DNA from: an uncultured Sphingobacteriaceae bacterium
Lineage (GTDB): Bacteria; Bacteroidota; Bacteroidia; SpSt-205
Length of the DNA: 26,869 nucleotides
NCBI GenBank assembly: GCA_964655255.1
Contig: CAZZMF010000001.1
Location: 1-26,869, forward strand
Direction of reading: 5' to 3'
Part shown: positions 1 through 10,051 of the stretch, one piece after another
How the letters are laid out: every line of letters starts with the position of its first letter
How positions within the stretch are numbered: position 1 is the stretch's first letter
Notes under the pieces: model-generated
Database searches by the model: none
What the model saw: only the letters and a program-made list of their open reading frames with translations
Told to the model about the DNA's origin: nothing
Made by a program: the position numbers and the translations under genes

Positions 1-1
1 A

Positions 2-103
2 GATAAAGCCCCGCAGCCCATCAAGGAAAAAATCTCCAAAGAAGAAGCCGAGCAAATCCGCCAACAGCTTGCTGAACTCGGAGCCGACGTTGAAGTCAAG
101 TAA
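2..103 (+). CDS. rplL: 50S ribosomal protein L7/L12, 3' end only (truncated by window start)
   Basis: Frame from nt 2 reads DKAPQPIKEKISKEEAEQIRQQLAELGADVEVK* (TAA 101-103), the typical L7/L12 C-terminus. It lies directly upstream of rpoB, as in the canonical rplL-rpoBC order. Confidence 0.96.
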   Translation, partial: DKAPQPIKEKISKEEAEQIRQQLAELGADVEVK

Positions 104-130
104 GTGCGTCGCTCCCTTGCTTCCTCTACC

Positions 131-163
131 CCTGCACTTAGCCTGATGCAGGCTAAGTGCAGG
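131..163 (+). terminator. Perfect 15-bp stem, 3-nt loop hairpin between rplL and rpoB; candidate attenuator, terminator or processing stem
   Basis: CCTGCACTTAGCCTG (131-145), ATG loop, CAGGCTAAGTGCAGG (149-163) is an exact inverted repeat. It is followed by only a weak pyrimidine run (CTCCTTTC). Confidence 0.6.
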
Positions 164-198
164 CTCCTTTCACTTATCGAACTCACTGGAACCTAACT

Positions 199-3100
199 AT
201 GACTCACAACCGCATTCGTTTTTCACAGTACGAAGCTACAGTTCCTGTACCGGACTTATTATCCGTTCAGTTGGAGTCATTCCGAAAGTTTGTAGACCTT
301 CACACGCCGCCTGACAAGCAGGAATCAGAAGGTCTGTATAAAGCCTTCAAGGAACATTTTCCTGTTCGTGATAGCCGGGAGGAGTATGAGATGGACTTTG
401 CGGGGTATGTTTTGGAGCCGCCGCGCTACACGCCTGAGGAGTGCAAGATACGAGGCTTGACGTATGGGGTGCAGCTCAAGGTACTTTTTACGCTGCGCGC
501 TCTCAAGCCTGACAATACCATGTTTGAGACAAAGAGCGAATGGGTCTTTCTCGGTATGATCCCCTACATGACCCCCCAAGGCACTTTTATTATCAATGGC
601 GTGGAGCGTGTGGTTATCAATCAGTTGCACCGCTCGCCGGGGATACTCTTTTCGGCTACATCACGAGCAGGGACTTCGGAAATGACCTATGGTGCTCGGG
701 TCATCCCCCAAAAAGGCACTTGGATAGAGTTTGCCACGGACTCTACGGGGTATACCCGGGTATATTTTGACCGAAAGAAGGCGGTGCCTGTTACGCTGCT
801 TTTGCGGGCGATGGGGCTGAGTTCAGATGGGGATATTGTGCGATACTTTGGGCTGGCTGATGAGGTAAAGCTTAGTCAGATCCGAAACGAAAAGCAGTTT
901 GCTCAGTATGTCGGTCGTAAGCTTGCCACGCGCATCTCTACAGTAGATCAGCAGGATTATACCGACCCGGAGACGGGGGAGACTTCGCGTGTCTCGCGGG
1001 TCAATACAGTTTTTGAGATAGGGCACATTCTCTCGGCGGAAGACTGGGAGCAACTGCGCAGTTTGCCGCTGGTAGATACGATTTACCTCGTCAAGCCAGA
1101 GTACATGGATGAAAAGCATATCATCCTCAGTACGCTTGCCAAAGATCCCAGTCACTCGCTTTCTTCTGCTTGTGTGGAGATATACAAGCTCCTGCGCGGC
1201 ATAGAGAACGCCTCTGATGAAGAAGCCGCTCGGGCTTTTGTAGAGAAGCAAGTCCTCTCCGATAAGCGCTATGATTTAGGGGTTGTCGGGCGCTTTCAAA
1301 TAAATCGTAAGCTTTACGGAGAGCAGCGGTACAACGATCCGATTTTGCGCTTAGAGGATGTGGCGGCTATCATCAATCGCCTCCAAATGCTTTTGCGTGG
1401 GGAAGCCGAAGGCGATGAAGAGGACCATTTGAGCCATCGGCGTATCCGTACGGTCGGAGAGCAGATTTACCTGCAAGTCTCTACCGGTATATCGCGCCTT
1501 GCTCGTACCATTCGCGAAAAAATGAGCACTTATGAGTCCGAAAACTTCAAACCTTCGGACATTATTACGCAGCGTCCTTTCACTGGGGTCATCAATACCT
1601 TTTTCTCGCAGGGGCAGCTTAGCCAACTTTTGGACCAAACGAATCCCCTTTCTGAACTTGCCCATAAGCGCCGTATCACGGCTATCGGTCCAGGAGGGCT
1701 TTCGCGAGAACATGCAGGCTTTGAGGCTCGGGATGTGCATTATTCTCATTATGGGCGGATTTGTCCGATTGAGACCCCAGAAGGAGCAAATATCGGGCTC
1801 ATCAACTCTCTCGCTATCTATGCCCGGGTGAATGACCTCGGCTTTTTAGAGACGCCTTATCACCCAGTTGAGAATGGAAAGCCCAATCGCAAAGAAGTCG
1901 TTTACCTTGCCCCTGACCAAGAGGAGAAATACCCAATTGCTCCGCTTCGCCCCTTCTTGAATGGACATACGCCGACAGAGATACAGGTGCGTTATAAAGG
2001 CGAGTATCCCGAAGTACCTATTGAGGAGGTCAAGTTTACTGATGTAGCGCCTGATCAACTCTTGGGGCTTTCGGCGAGTTTGATACCATTTTTGGAGCAC
2101 GATGATGCCAACCGTGCTCTCATGGGCTCTAACATGCAGCGGCAAGCTGTACCTCTCCTGCGTCCCGAAGCCCCCATCGTCGGGACAGGCATGGAAAAAC
2201 ACGTCGCTCGTGACAGCCGCGTACTGATCTATGCAGAATATCCGGGCGTGGTGGAATACGTGGATGCTAAGCAAATCCGCATACGGTATGAGCGCCCGCC
2301 CGAAGAAGAGCTGGTGAGCTTCTCCTCAAATGTCGTCACCTATGAGATACCGAAGTTTCGTCGCACGAATGAAAACACCTGCCTCAACCTTCGTCCTATC
2401 GTCAGAAAAGGGCAGCGCGTAGAGAAAGGGCAGCCCTTGGTGGAGGGCTTCTCCATAGAGGGGGGAGAGTTGGCGTTGGGGAAAAACTTGCTCGTAGCTT
2501 TCATGCCTTGGCAGGGGTATAACTTTGAGGATGCGATTGTAATATCCCAGCGTCTGGTGCAGGATGATGTGCTTACAAGTATCACTATCCAAGAGTTTGA
2601 GGTAGAGGTGCGGGAGACCAAAGCCGGTCCAGAAGAGCTTACCCGCGAACTGCCCAACGAAAGTGAAGACCGCGTACGGTTTTTAGACGAGAATGGGATT
2701 GTTGTGGTAGGGACGGAGGTGCGAGAAGGGGATATTCTCGTGGGTAAGGTAACCCCGAAGGGGCAGAGTTCGGATCTTACGCCGGAGGAGAAGCTTTTGC
2801 GCCAAATCTTCGGGGAGCGCAGTGCTGAGGTCAAAAGCACTTCGTTGGTCATGCCGCCGGCTTCGCATGGATATGTGATAGCGACTTATTTATACCGTAA
2901 GGATCGGCGGGCAGCTACCCAGGAGGAGCGTCGCCAGCGGGAGAAGGAGATTGATGATCGGCTCATGCAGCAAATCGCAGAGCTCAATCAAAAAATGGCT
3001 CAAAAGCTCCTCCCTATCTTAGAGGGCAAGAAACTCGCTTCTGTCACGGATAAAACCGGCAAAGACTTGACCCCTGCTTCCAAAAAAGCTACGGAAAAAT

Positions 3101-4002
3101 GGCTTCTCTCTCTCCGCTTTGAGAACCTCAATCCTACGGGATGGACCACTGACCCTGAGACTAACCTGCTCATAGAGCGCCTTTTCCAGAACTATGCCGC
3201 CTTATACAGCCGTTATACTGCAGATGCGCAGCGGGAGAAGCAGTACCTTGCCTCAGGGGACGAGCTGCCGAATGGGGTCCTCAAAATGGCAAAAGTGTAT
3301 GTAGCTTCTAAGCGCAAAATCAAAGTGGGCGACAAGCTCGCAGGGCGCCACGGCAATAAAGGCGTCATCGCCAAAGTCGCGCCTATTGAGGATATGCCTT
3401 ATTTAGAGGATGGGACGCCGGTGGATATCGTGCTCAATCCGCTGGGCGTACCCTCTCGGATGAATATTGGGCAGATTTATGAGGCTATCCTTGGCTGGGC
3501 AGGGCAAAAGCTTGGTGTCAAGTTTGAAGTGCCGCCTTTCGCCGGCGCAAGCTACGAAGAGGTCAATCAGTGGTTAGAAAAAGCTGGGCTACCTCGTGAT
3601 GGACGGGTGTATCTGCGCGACGGACAGACTGGGGAGCGGTTTGACCAGCCCGCAACGGTCGGGGTCATCTACATGCTCAAGCTTGACCACATGGTAGATG
3701 ATAAAATGCATGCCCGTTCCGTCGGTCCGTATGGGGTCGTGACTTCCCAGCCGTTGGGTGGGCGTTCTCACTTCGGTGGGCAGCGCTTCGGGGAGATGGA
3801 AGTTTGGGCACTGGAAGCCTTCGGTGCCGCTAACCTCCTCCAAGAAATGCTCACTATCAAGTCTGATGATATTGATGGACGCATGAAGGCACACGAAGCG
3901 ATTATCAAAGGGGAAAATATTACCTACTTCGGTGTGCCAGATTCCTTCCAAGTCCTCGTAAATGAACTGCGAGGATTGTGCTTAGATGTAAAATTTGACT
4001 AA
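199..4002 (+). CDS. rpoB: DNA-directed RNA polymerase subunit beta
   Basis: Hallmark motifs: GTFIINGVERVVINQLHRSPG, QLSQLLDQTNPLSELAHKRR, CPIETPEG, GSNMQRQAVPL, GDKLAGRHGNKGV, GGQRFGEMEVWALEA. ATG 199 (MTHNRIRF) is preferred over the track's GTG 157, which lies inside the upstream hairpin. Confidence 0.99.
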   Translation: MTHNRIRFSQYEATVPVPDLLSVQLESFRKFVDLHTPPDKQESEGLYKAFKEHFPVRDSREEYEMDFAGYVLEPPRYTPEECKIRGLTYGVQLKVLFTLRALKPDNTMFETKSEWVFLGMIPYMTPQGTFIINGVERVVINQLHRSPGILFSATSRAGTSEMTYGARVIPQKGTWIEFATDSTGYTRVYFDRKKAVPVTLLLRAMGLSSDGDIVRYFGLADEVKLSQIRNEKQFAQYVGRKLATRISTVDQQDYTDPETGETSRVSRVNTVFEIGHILSAEDWEQLRSLPLVDTIYLVKPEYMDEKHIILSTLAKDPSHSLSSACVEIYKLLRGIENASDEEAARAFVEKQVLSDKRYDLGVVGRFQINRKLYGEQRYNDPILRLEDVAAIINRLQMLLRGEAEGDEEDHLSHRRIRTVGEQIYLQVSTGISRLARTIREKMSTYESENFKPSDIITQRPFTGVINTFFSQGQLSQLLDQTNPLSELAHKRRITAIGPGGLSREHAGFEARDVHYSHYGRICPIETPEGANIGLINSLAIYARVNDLGFLETPYHPVENGKPNRKEVVYLAPDQEEKYPIAPLRPFLNGHTPTEIQVRYKGEYPEVPIEEVKFTDVAPDQLLGLSASLIPFLEHDDANRALMGSNMQRQAVPLLRPEAPIVGTGMEKHVARDSRVLIYAEYPGVVEYVDAKQIRIRYERPPEEELVSFSSNVVTYEIPKFRRTNENTCLNLRPIVRKGQRVEKGQPLVEGFSIEGGELALGKNLLVAFMPWQGYNFEDAIVISQRLVQDDVLTSITIQEFEVEVRETKAGPEELTRELPNESEDRVRFLDENGIVVVGTEVREGDILVGKVTPKGQSSDLTPEEKLLRQIFGERSAEVKSTSLVMPPASHGYVIATYLYRKDRRAATQEERRQREKEIDDRLMQQIAELNQKMAQKLLPILEGKKLASVTDKTGKDLTPASKKATEKWLLSLRFENLNPTGWTTDPETNLLIERLFQNYAALYSRYTADAQREKQYLASGDELPNGVLKMAKVYVASKRKIKVGDKLAGRHGNKGVIAKVAPIEDMPYLEDGTPVDIVLNPLGVPSRMNIGQIYEAILGWAGQKLGVKFEVPPFAGASYEEVNQWLEKAGLPRDGRVYLRDGQTGERFDQPATVGVIYMLKLDHMVDDKMHARSVGPYGVVTSQPLGGRSHFGGQRFGEMEVWALEAFGAANLLQEMLTIKSDDIDGRMKAHEAIIKGENITYFGVPDSFQVLVNELRGLCLDVKFD

Positions 4003-4017
4003 ACCTGCAACTAACCT

Positions 4018-7000
4018 ATGGAACAGACGAAAAATCAACCTACTTCTCGGTTATCAGCTGTAACTATCCCGGTTCCGATTCGTCGGGTGACGCTGTCGCT
4101 GGCTTCACCGAATCGCATTTTGGAGTGGAGCCGCGGTGAAGTTGTTCGGGCAGAGACCATAGATTACCGTACGCACAAGCCCGAAATGGGCGGGCTCTTC
4201 TGTGAGCGGATTTTTGGACCTGTCAAGGACTACGAATGTGCCTGTGGCAAGTATAAAGGCGCCCGCTATAAAGGCATTCGCTGTGATCGTTGTGGTGTAG
4301 AGGTGATTGAGAAAAAGTGGCGGCGGGTTCGTATGGGGCATATTTCGCTCCAAGAGCCTGTGGTGCATCCGTGGTACTTTCGCTACAATCCTCCTAAGTT
4401 GGGCGCCTTGCTCAACTACAACGCTAAGCGCCTTGAGCAGATTGTGTATTATGACCGTTATGTGGTGATAGAGGTAGGGGATGCTATTCATGTCATCAAG
4501 CATGTGCGCCGCAGTAAGGATGCCCGAGATCCCAAGTCTTTAGAAGTAGGCGATCTGCTTACTTCGGAGGAGTATCAGGAAATCTTGCGGCACTTACGCA
4601 ATCTGGCAAAGGAGAATCCTGCCATACGCCCTGAGAGCTTCGTGGCGAAAATGGGGGCGCAGGCGCTGGATATATTGCTCAGTCGGTTAGACTTAGACAA
4701 GCTTGCGACTGAACTGCGGGCACAACTCGCTAATGAAGTGTCTATTCAGCGTCGTGCGGATATTTTGCGCCGGCTGAAGATAGTGGAGGAGTTTCGGGCG
4801 GCGAATCGTCGGGTGGAAAATCGTCCCGAGTGGATGATCTTGCGGGTGATACCGGTGGTGCCGCCAGAACTGCGACCGCTGATTCCGCTGCCAGGGGGGC
4901 GCTTCACCGCCGCTGACTTGAATGACCTGTATCGTCGCCTTATTCAGCGGAATAATCGCCTCAAGCGCATGATGGAGAATCGTACTCCGGAGATTCTGCT
5001 AAACAACGAGCGGCGGATGCTTCAAGAGTCGGTGGATGCCCTATTGGACAGCGCCCGCAAGCGCAATCAGACGCGAGCCTCAGCAGAGAGCGCCTCAGGA
5101 CGGATTCTCCGTTCGCTTAGTGAAAATATCAAAGGCAAACAAGGGCGTTTTCGCCAAAATCTACTGGGTAAGCGGGTAGATTACTCGGGGCGGTCAGTGA
5201 TCGTGGTAGGACCGCACCTCAAGCTCCATGAGTGCGGCCTTCCCAAAGACATGGCGGTGGAGCTCTTCAAGCCGTTTATCATCCGGGATCTTTTAGCGCA
5301 GCGGATTGCCCGCACGGAGAAAAGCGGTCGTCGTTTGGTAGAACGGAAAGACCCGCGCATTTGGCCCATTTTGGAAAATGTTTTGCGGGGGCATCCAGTG
5401 CTATTGAACCGGGCGCCGACGCTGCACCGTTTAGGCATACAGGCATTTCAGCCGCGACTTGTAGAGGGTAAGGCTATTCAACTGCACCCACTGGTATGTA
5501 CAGGCTATAACGCTGACTTTGATGGGGATCAAATGGCGGTCCATGTGCCGCTCAGCCAAGCGGCTATCATGGAGGCGCAAGTTCTACTCCTTTCCAGTCA
5601 CAATATCCTCCACCCTGCCAATGGTGCGCCGATAGCTGTGCCTTCGCAGGACATGGTATTGGGGCTATACTATATCACAAAGCTGCGTCGCGGCGCCAAA
5701 GGTGAGCGTATGACTTTTGCTGATATAGCGGATGTGCTGCAAGCTTATCATGCGGGGCGGATAGATATGCATGCGATTGTGACGGTGCGGCTGCCTTTGG
5801 ATAAGCCCGTCTGGGTACTGGGCGATGAGCCAGAAGACAAATACCAAGAAGTGGTTGGAAACTGGCGGCGCATCACTACCACAGCAGGACGGGTCATTTT
5901 CAATCAGACGCTTCCGCCAGAGATGCCCTATGTCAACGGGCTCCTTACAAAGAGTGCGATTCGGGATGTGATCATGGAGGTCTTTCGGCGCACCGATCAC
6001 CGGCGCACAGCGGAGTTTCTGGACAAAATCAAGGAGTTGGGCTTCCAGTCAGCATTCAAAGGTGGGTTATCCTTCACCTTGCATGATGTGATAGTACCCT
6101 CTAATCGGGAGCGGCTCATCCAAGAGGCTTTTCGGCAGCGGGAAGAGATTCGTCAGGAGTATGCGATGGGGCTTATCAGTGATGGGGAAAGGTACAATAA
6201 GATCATTGACCTTTGGACGCGTACCTCTAATGAGATCACGGATCAACTCATCCGTGAGCTTAAGGCGCATGAAGATGGGTTCAATCCGATTTACATGATG
6301 ATGCACTCGGGCGCACGGGGATCGCGCGAACAAGTGCGTCAGCTTTGCGCCCTGCGTGGTCTTATGAATAAGCCGCAGCGTAGGCTTGGCGCACGGGAAA
6401 TCATAGAAACGCCGATATTGTCCAGCTTGCGCGAAGGGCTGAATGTGATTGAGTACTTCATCTCCACGCACGGTGCTCGCAAAGGGCTCGCCGATACCGC
6501 TCTCAAGACCGCTGACGCTGGCTATCTTACGCGCAAGCTCGTGGATGTGGCACAGGATGTGGTGATTACTGAACATGACTGTGGAACGCTCCGAGGGCTG
6601 CGGCTCACAGCTCTATACGATGAAAACGAAGAGTTAGTGGAGTCCTTAGCCTCGCGGATCGCCGGACGCTTCGCGTTGAATGACATTTATCATCCCGTCT
6701 CTGGCGAAAAGCTGTGCGGCGCAGGTGAAGAAATCACAGATGAAATAGCCAAAGCCATAGAAGCCGCAGGGATAGAGGCGGTAGAGGTACGCTCGCCCCT
6801 TACCTGCGAAGCCGAACGAGGGATCTGTCAGAAATGCTATGGGCGACATTTAGCCATAGGGCGTCTGGTAGAGATTGGGGAAGCGGTAGGGATTATTGCA
6901 GCGCAGTCTATTGGGGAGCCGGGGACGCAACTTACCCTCCGGACTTTCCACACGGGTGGCGCTGCCCAACGCATCGCCGGGCAGAGCGCCCTCAAAGCTA

Positions 7001-8487
7001 AATACAGTGGTATCGTGGAGTTCAGTGAGGACCTCCGCACAGTGGAACGGATCCATAGAGGGGAAAAGGAAATTGTCGTCTTGAGCCGAACAACGGAGGT
7101 CTATCTGCGACATCCACAAACGGGACAGATACTCTGGCGGGCAGATGTACCGTATGCTTCGGTGCTCAGGGTGGCACCGGGCGAGCTCGTAGAAAAAGGG
7201 CAAGAAATCTGTACATGGGACCCCTACGCTCGGCATATTCTCACCAGTGAAGGAGGCATCGTCCGTTGGCAAAGCCTCGTTGAAGGGAAGACCTATCGCA
7301 AAGAGCATATTGAGGAGTCTCAGCAGGATGAGTATATCGTCACGGAGTCGTCGGATAGGTTTTTGACCCCGACGATTGAGATTGTGAATCAATATGGGGA
7401 GCCGATAGAAAGCTTCATATTGCCGGTAGGGGCGCGCATTATGGTGCAAGATGGAGAGCGGGTAGCGCCTGGCGCTATTTTAGCTCGCACGCCTGTTCAA
7501 GCAGCAAAGACCGCAGACATCACTGGAGGGCTTCCGCGGGTAACGGAACTCTTTGAGGCTCGCTCCCCTAACTCCGCAGCGGTTCTGGCTGAAATAGATG
7601 GGATTGTCCGTATGCGCAGTCGGCGTCGCTCTACTCGCCAAGAGATAGAGGTCGTTTCCCCAGATGGAACGGTCTCTGTCGTCCATCAGGTGCCCACCTC
7701 GCGCCTTCTGCTTGTGCAAGACGGGGACAAAGTGCGTGCAGGACAGCCGCTATGCGATGGTCCAATAAGCCCACATGATATTCTGCGCATACTGGGAGTC
7801 TCGGCAGTGGCAGAGTATCTCTTGCGTAATATCCAGCTCATTTATGCGCCTCAGGCAGTGCGCATCAGTACCAAACACTTGGAGATCATTCTGCGGCAAA
7901 TGCTGCAGAAGGTGGAGATTGTAGAGCCGGGGGATACAATATTCCTGCCTGAGGAGGTAGTGGATAAGTCTGAGTACTTCCAAGAAAATGCGCTGCTTGC
8001 CGATAAGTACATCGTCACCGATCCGGGCGGGGCGGTAGAACTGCAGGTGGGGTCGCTTATTACGCAGACCCAGTTAGAGGAGACTAATGAGTCGCTTCGG
8101 GCGCAGGGGCGTCCCGAGATTCAGGCTAGACCGGCCCGCCCGGCTATTGCCCAGCCCAAACTATTGGGGATTTCCAAGGCGGCGGCAACTACACGCAGCT
8201 GGCTCTCTGCCGCCTCTTTCCAAGAGACTATCCGAGTGCTTATTGATGCTGCAGTCACCGCTCGCACAGATGAACTTGTGGGGCTTAAGGAAAATGTAAT
8301 CACCGGACAAAAGATCCCCGCTGGTACGGGTTATATTGAACGGCTGCGTGAGCAGACAGAGTACAAGCTCCCTGCGCCGGAGCTTTTGCAAGTCGCTTCC
8401 GTACCTCAGCCAGAGCCCAAAGCCACTAAGGCTAAGGCTTCTACCTCTTCCCGCAAAAAGAAAGAAAAAGGCACCCCCAGCGCGTGA
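4018..8487 (+). CDS. rpoC: DNA-directed RNA polymerase subunit beta'
   Basis: Zn finger CACGKYK...[42 protein letters not shown], catalytic [12 protein letters not shown], and [16 protein letters not shown] followed by an SI3-type insert. Confidence 0.99.
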   Translation: MEQTKNQPTSRLSAVTIPVPIRRVTLSLASPNRILEWSRGEVVRAETIDYRTHKPEMGGLFCERIFGPVKDYECACGKYKGARYKGIRCDRCGVEVIEKKWRRVRMGHISLQEPVVHPWYFRYNPPKLGALLNYNAKRLEQIVYYDRYVVIEVGDAIHVIKHVRRSKDARDPKSLEVGDLLTSEEYQEILRHLRNLAKENPAIRPESFVAKMGAQALDILLSRLDLDKLATELRAQLANEVSIQRRADILRRLKIVEEFRAANRRVENRPEWMILRVIPVVPPELRPLIPLPGGRFTAADLNDLYRRLIQRNNRLKRMMENRTPEILLNNERRMLQESVDALLDSARKRNQTRASAESASGRILRSLSENIKGKQGRFRQNLLGKRVDYSGRSVIVVGPHLKLHECGLPKDMAVELFKPFIIRDLLAQRIARTEKSGRRLVERKDPRIWPILENVLRGHPVLLNRAPTLHRLGIQAFQPRLVEGKAIQLHPLVCTGYNADFDGDQMAVHVPLSQAAIMEAQVLLLSSHNILHPANGAPIAVPSQDMVLGLYYITKLRRGAKGERMTFADIADVLQAYHAGRIDMHAIVTVRLPLDKPVWVLGDEPEDKYQEVVGNWRRITTTAGRVIFNQTLPPEMPYVNGLLTKSAIRDVIMEVFRRTDHRRTAEFLDKIKELGFQSAFKGGLSFTLHDVIVPSNRERLIQEAFRQREEIRQEYAMGLISDGERYNKIIDLWTRTSNEITDQLIRELKAHEDGFNPIYMMMHSGARGSREQVRQLCALRGLMNKPQRRLGAREIIETPILSSLREGLNVIEYFISTHGARKGLADTALKTADAGYLTRKLVDVAQDVVITEHDCGTLRGLRLTALYDENEELVESLASRIAGRFALNDIYHPVSGEKLCGAGEEITDEIAKAIEAAGIEAVEVRSPLTCEAERGICQKCYGRHLAIGRLVEIGEAVGIIAAQSIGEPGTQLTLRTFHTGGAAQRIAGQSALKAKYSGIVEFSEDLRTVERIHRGEKEIVVLSRTTEVYLRHPQTGQILWRADVPYASVLRVAPGELVEKGQEICTWDPYARHILTSEGGIVRWQSLVEGKTYRKEHIEESQQDEYIVTESSDRFLTPTIEIVNQYGEPIESFILPVGARIMVQDGERVAPGAILARTPVQAAKTADITGGLPRVTELFEARSPNSAAVLAEIDGIVRMRSRRRSTRQEIEVVSPDGTVSVVHQVPTSRLLLVQDGDKVRAGQPLCDGPISPHDILRILGVSAVAEYLLRNIQLIYAPQAVRISTKHLEIILRQMLQKVEIVEPGDTIFLPEEVVDKSEYFQENALLADKYIVTDPGGAVELQVGSLITQTQLEETNESLRAQGRPEIQARPARPAIAQPKLLGISKAAATTRSWLSAASFQETIRVLIDAAVTARTDELVGLKENVITGQKIPAGTGYIERLREQTEYKLPAPELLQVASVPQPEPKATKAKASTSSRKKKEKGTPSA

Positions 8488-9263
8488 CTACACGCCGGAC
8501 GGTCATAGAGGCTTTGGAGCGGTGGGCGCCTCCCAGCTGGGCAGACTCTTATGATACTGTGGGTCTGCTGTGGGGCGACCCCACCCGCTCCATCTCTGGC
8601 ATTCTCACTGCCCTTGACCTTACGCCAGACATCCTCCAAGAAGCGCAAGCGGTCGGCGCAGATTTTATCGTCGTCCATCACCCCATCTGGTTTGGGCAGA
8701 AATCGCGCCTTGCATGGGACAGCTACGCCGATAAGCTAATCTACGACTGCATTCGGGCAGACATCGCCGTCTATGCTATGCACACTAACTTAGACCATGC
8801 ACAAGAGGGGGTGAGTTATGCGCTTTGTCGGGCACTGGGTATTATTCCTGAGGGTTTTTTGCGACCAGTCAACGATCACGGTGCTGGGTACATCGGTCGG
8901 GGCAGTGTAGCTCTTGCCGTGGAAGATTTTCTCAAACATGTTCAAAAAGCCCTTTCTATCCCTGTTTTGCGGTATGTGCGGGGACCGCAGACGGCTATCC
9001 AGCGGGTCGCCGTGTGTGGGGGCGCTGGCAGCTTTCTTCTCCCAGAAGCCCTACGCGCCGGGGTAGATGCTTTTCTTACAGCGGATATTCCCTATCACCG
9101 ATTTTTTGAAGCGCAGGGACGCCTCTGGCTCATAGATATTGGGCACTATGAGTCCGAAGTCTGGATCGCTGACCACATCGCCGCTTACCTCAAGCGGCAC
9201 TTCCCTGACCTTTCTATCTTTTCCACTCGCATCCGAACCAATCCCGTAGAATACTGGCTATGA
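8484..9263 (+). CDS. Nif3-like dinuclear metal-centre hexameric protein (YbgI/DUF34 family), short form
   Basis: APPSWADSYDTVGL, VHHPIWF, YAMHTNLD, AVCGGAG and DIGHYESE motifs. The GTG start overlaps the rpoC stop (GTGA). Confidence 0.93.
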   Translation: MTTRRTVIEALERWAPPSWADSYDTVGLLWGDPTRSISGILTALDLTPDILQEAQAVGADFIVVHHPIWFGQKSRLAWDSYADKLIYDCIRADIAVYAMHTNLDHAQEGVSYALCRALGIIPEGFLRPVNDHGAGYIGRGSVALAVEDFLKHVQKALSIPVLRYVRGPQTAIQRVAVCGGAGSFLLPEALRAGVDAFLTADIPYHRFFEAQGRLWLIDIGHYESEVWIADHIAAYLKRHFPDLSIFSTRIRTNPVEYWL

Positions 9264-10051
9264 TGACGACCGATACTTCCCAAGTCCGAGAACGGCTTGT
9301 AGACCTGATCAAGTTGCAGGTTTTGTATGATAGGCTGCATGCGGTACGGGCTCGACAAGGTGACCTTCCGCAACAGATTGAAGACCTCCGAGATAAAGTC
9401 GCGACTATCCAACATGCCTTATCTGAAACCGCGGAGATGATTCGTCAAGCCGAGTCGGAGGCTCGTGCGCTCCATGTCAGCAACGATAGCTTGCGCGACC
9501 ACGAGCAGAAGCTCCGCAAAAGGTTGGAAGCCGTCCGTACCAATCAAGAGTACTACAAGATAGAGAGCGAGATCAAAGAAACCCACCTCACCATAGAGAA
9601 AAACCTCCAAGATATTCGGCGCTTGCAACACAAGGCGGATAGTCTGCGACAACGATACGCTGAGGACGAAGCTACCTTGAATGAACTGCAAGCCCGCATC
9701 GCAGAGAAAGAGCAGCGCCTGAAAGAGATCATCCAGCACACAGCTGAACAAGAAGCTGCTCTTCTGCAACAGATAGAAGATTTGAGCAAAGTCCTTCAAG
9801 AGCAAGATCCGCGACTCTTTTTGCTTTTTGAGCGGCGGCGCCGTTCTTTTAGAGGCGGCAAAGCCGTGTGCTCCATCATTTCCACCGAACGGTTGGAAGG
9901 GCGCTATGCCTGTGGGGGGTGTTTTACGCTCCTGCCTCGCGAAATGCATCGGAAAATCAAACAGCGCGATAAGATCATCATTTGCGAAAGTTGTGGGCGA
10001 TTCCTCGTAGATGAGGAGTTTTACGCTGAGGTGGCTAAGTCTATGCCTTAG
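9260..10051 (+). CDS. Coiled-coil protein with C-terminal C4-type zinc ribbon (DUF164/CT398-like)
   Basis: Long heptad-rich helix followed by CGGCF...IIICESCGRFL. This family commonly sits next to nif3. ATGA overlap with the upstream stop. Confidence 0.92.
   Translation: MMTTDTSQVRERLVDLIKLQVLYDRLHAVRARQGDLPQQIEDLRDKVATIQHALSETAEMIRQAESEARALHVSNDSLRDHEQKLRKRLEAVRTNQEYYKIESEIKETHLTIEKNLQDIRRLQHKADSLRQRYAEDEATLNELQARIAEKEQRLKEIIQHTAEQEAALLQQIEDLSKVLQEQDPRLFLLFERRRRSFRGGKAVCSIISTERLEGRYACGGCFTLLPREMHRKIKQRDKIIICESCGRFLVDEEFYAEVAKSMP

Noticed and set aside
157-198. 14-codon N-terminal extension of RpoB from GTG 157
   Set aside because: The GTG is buried in the 15-bp hairpin, and RpoB similarity starts at ATG 199.
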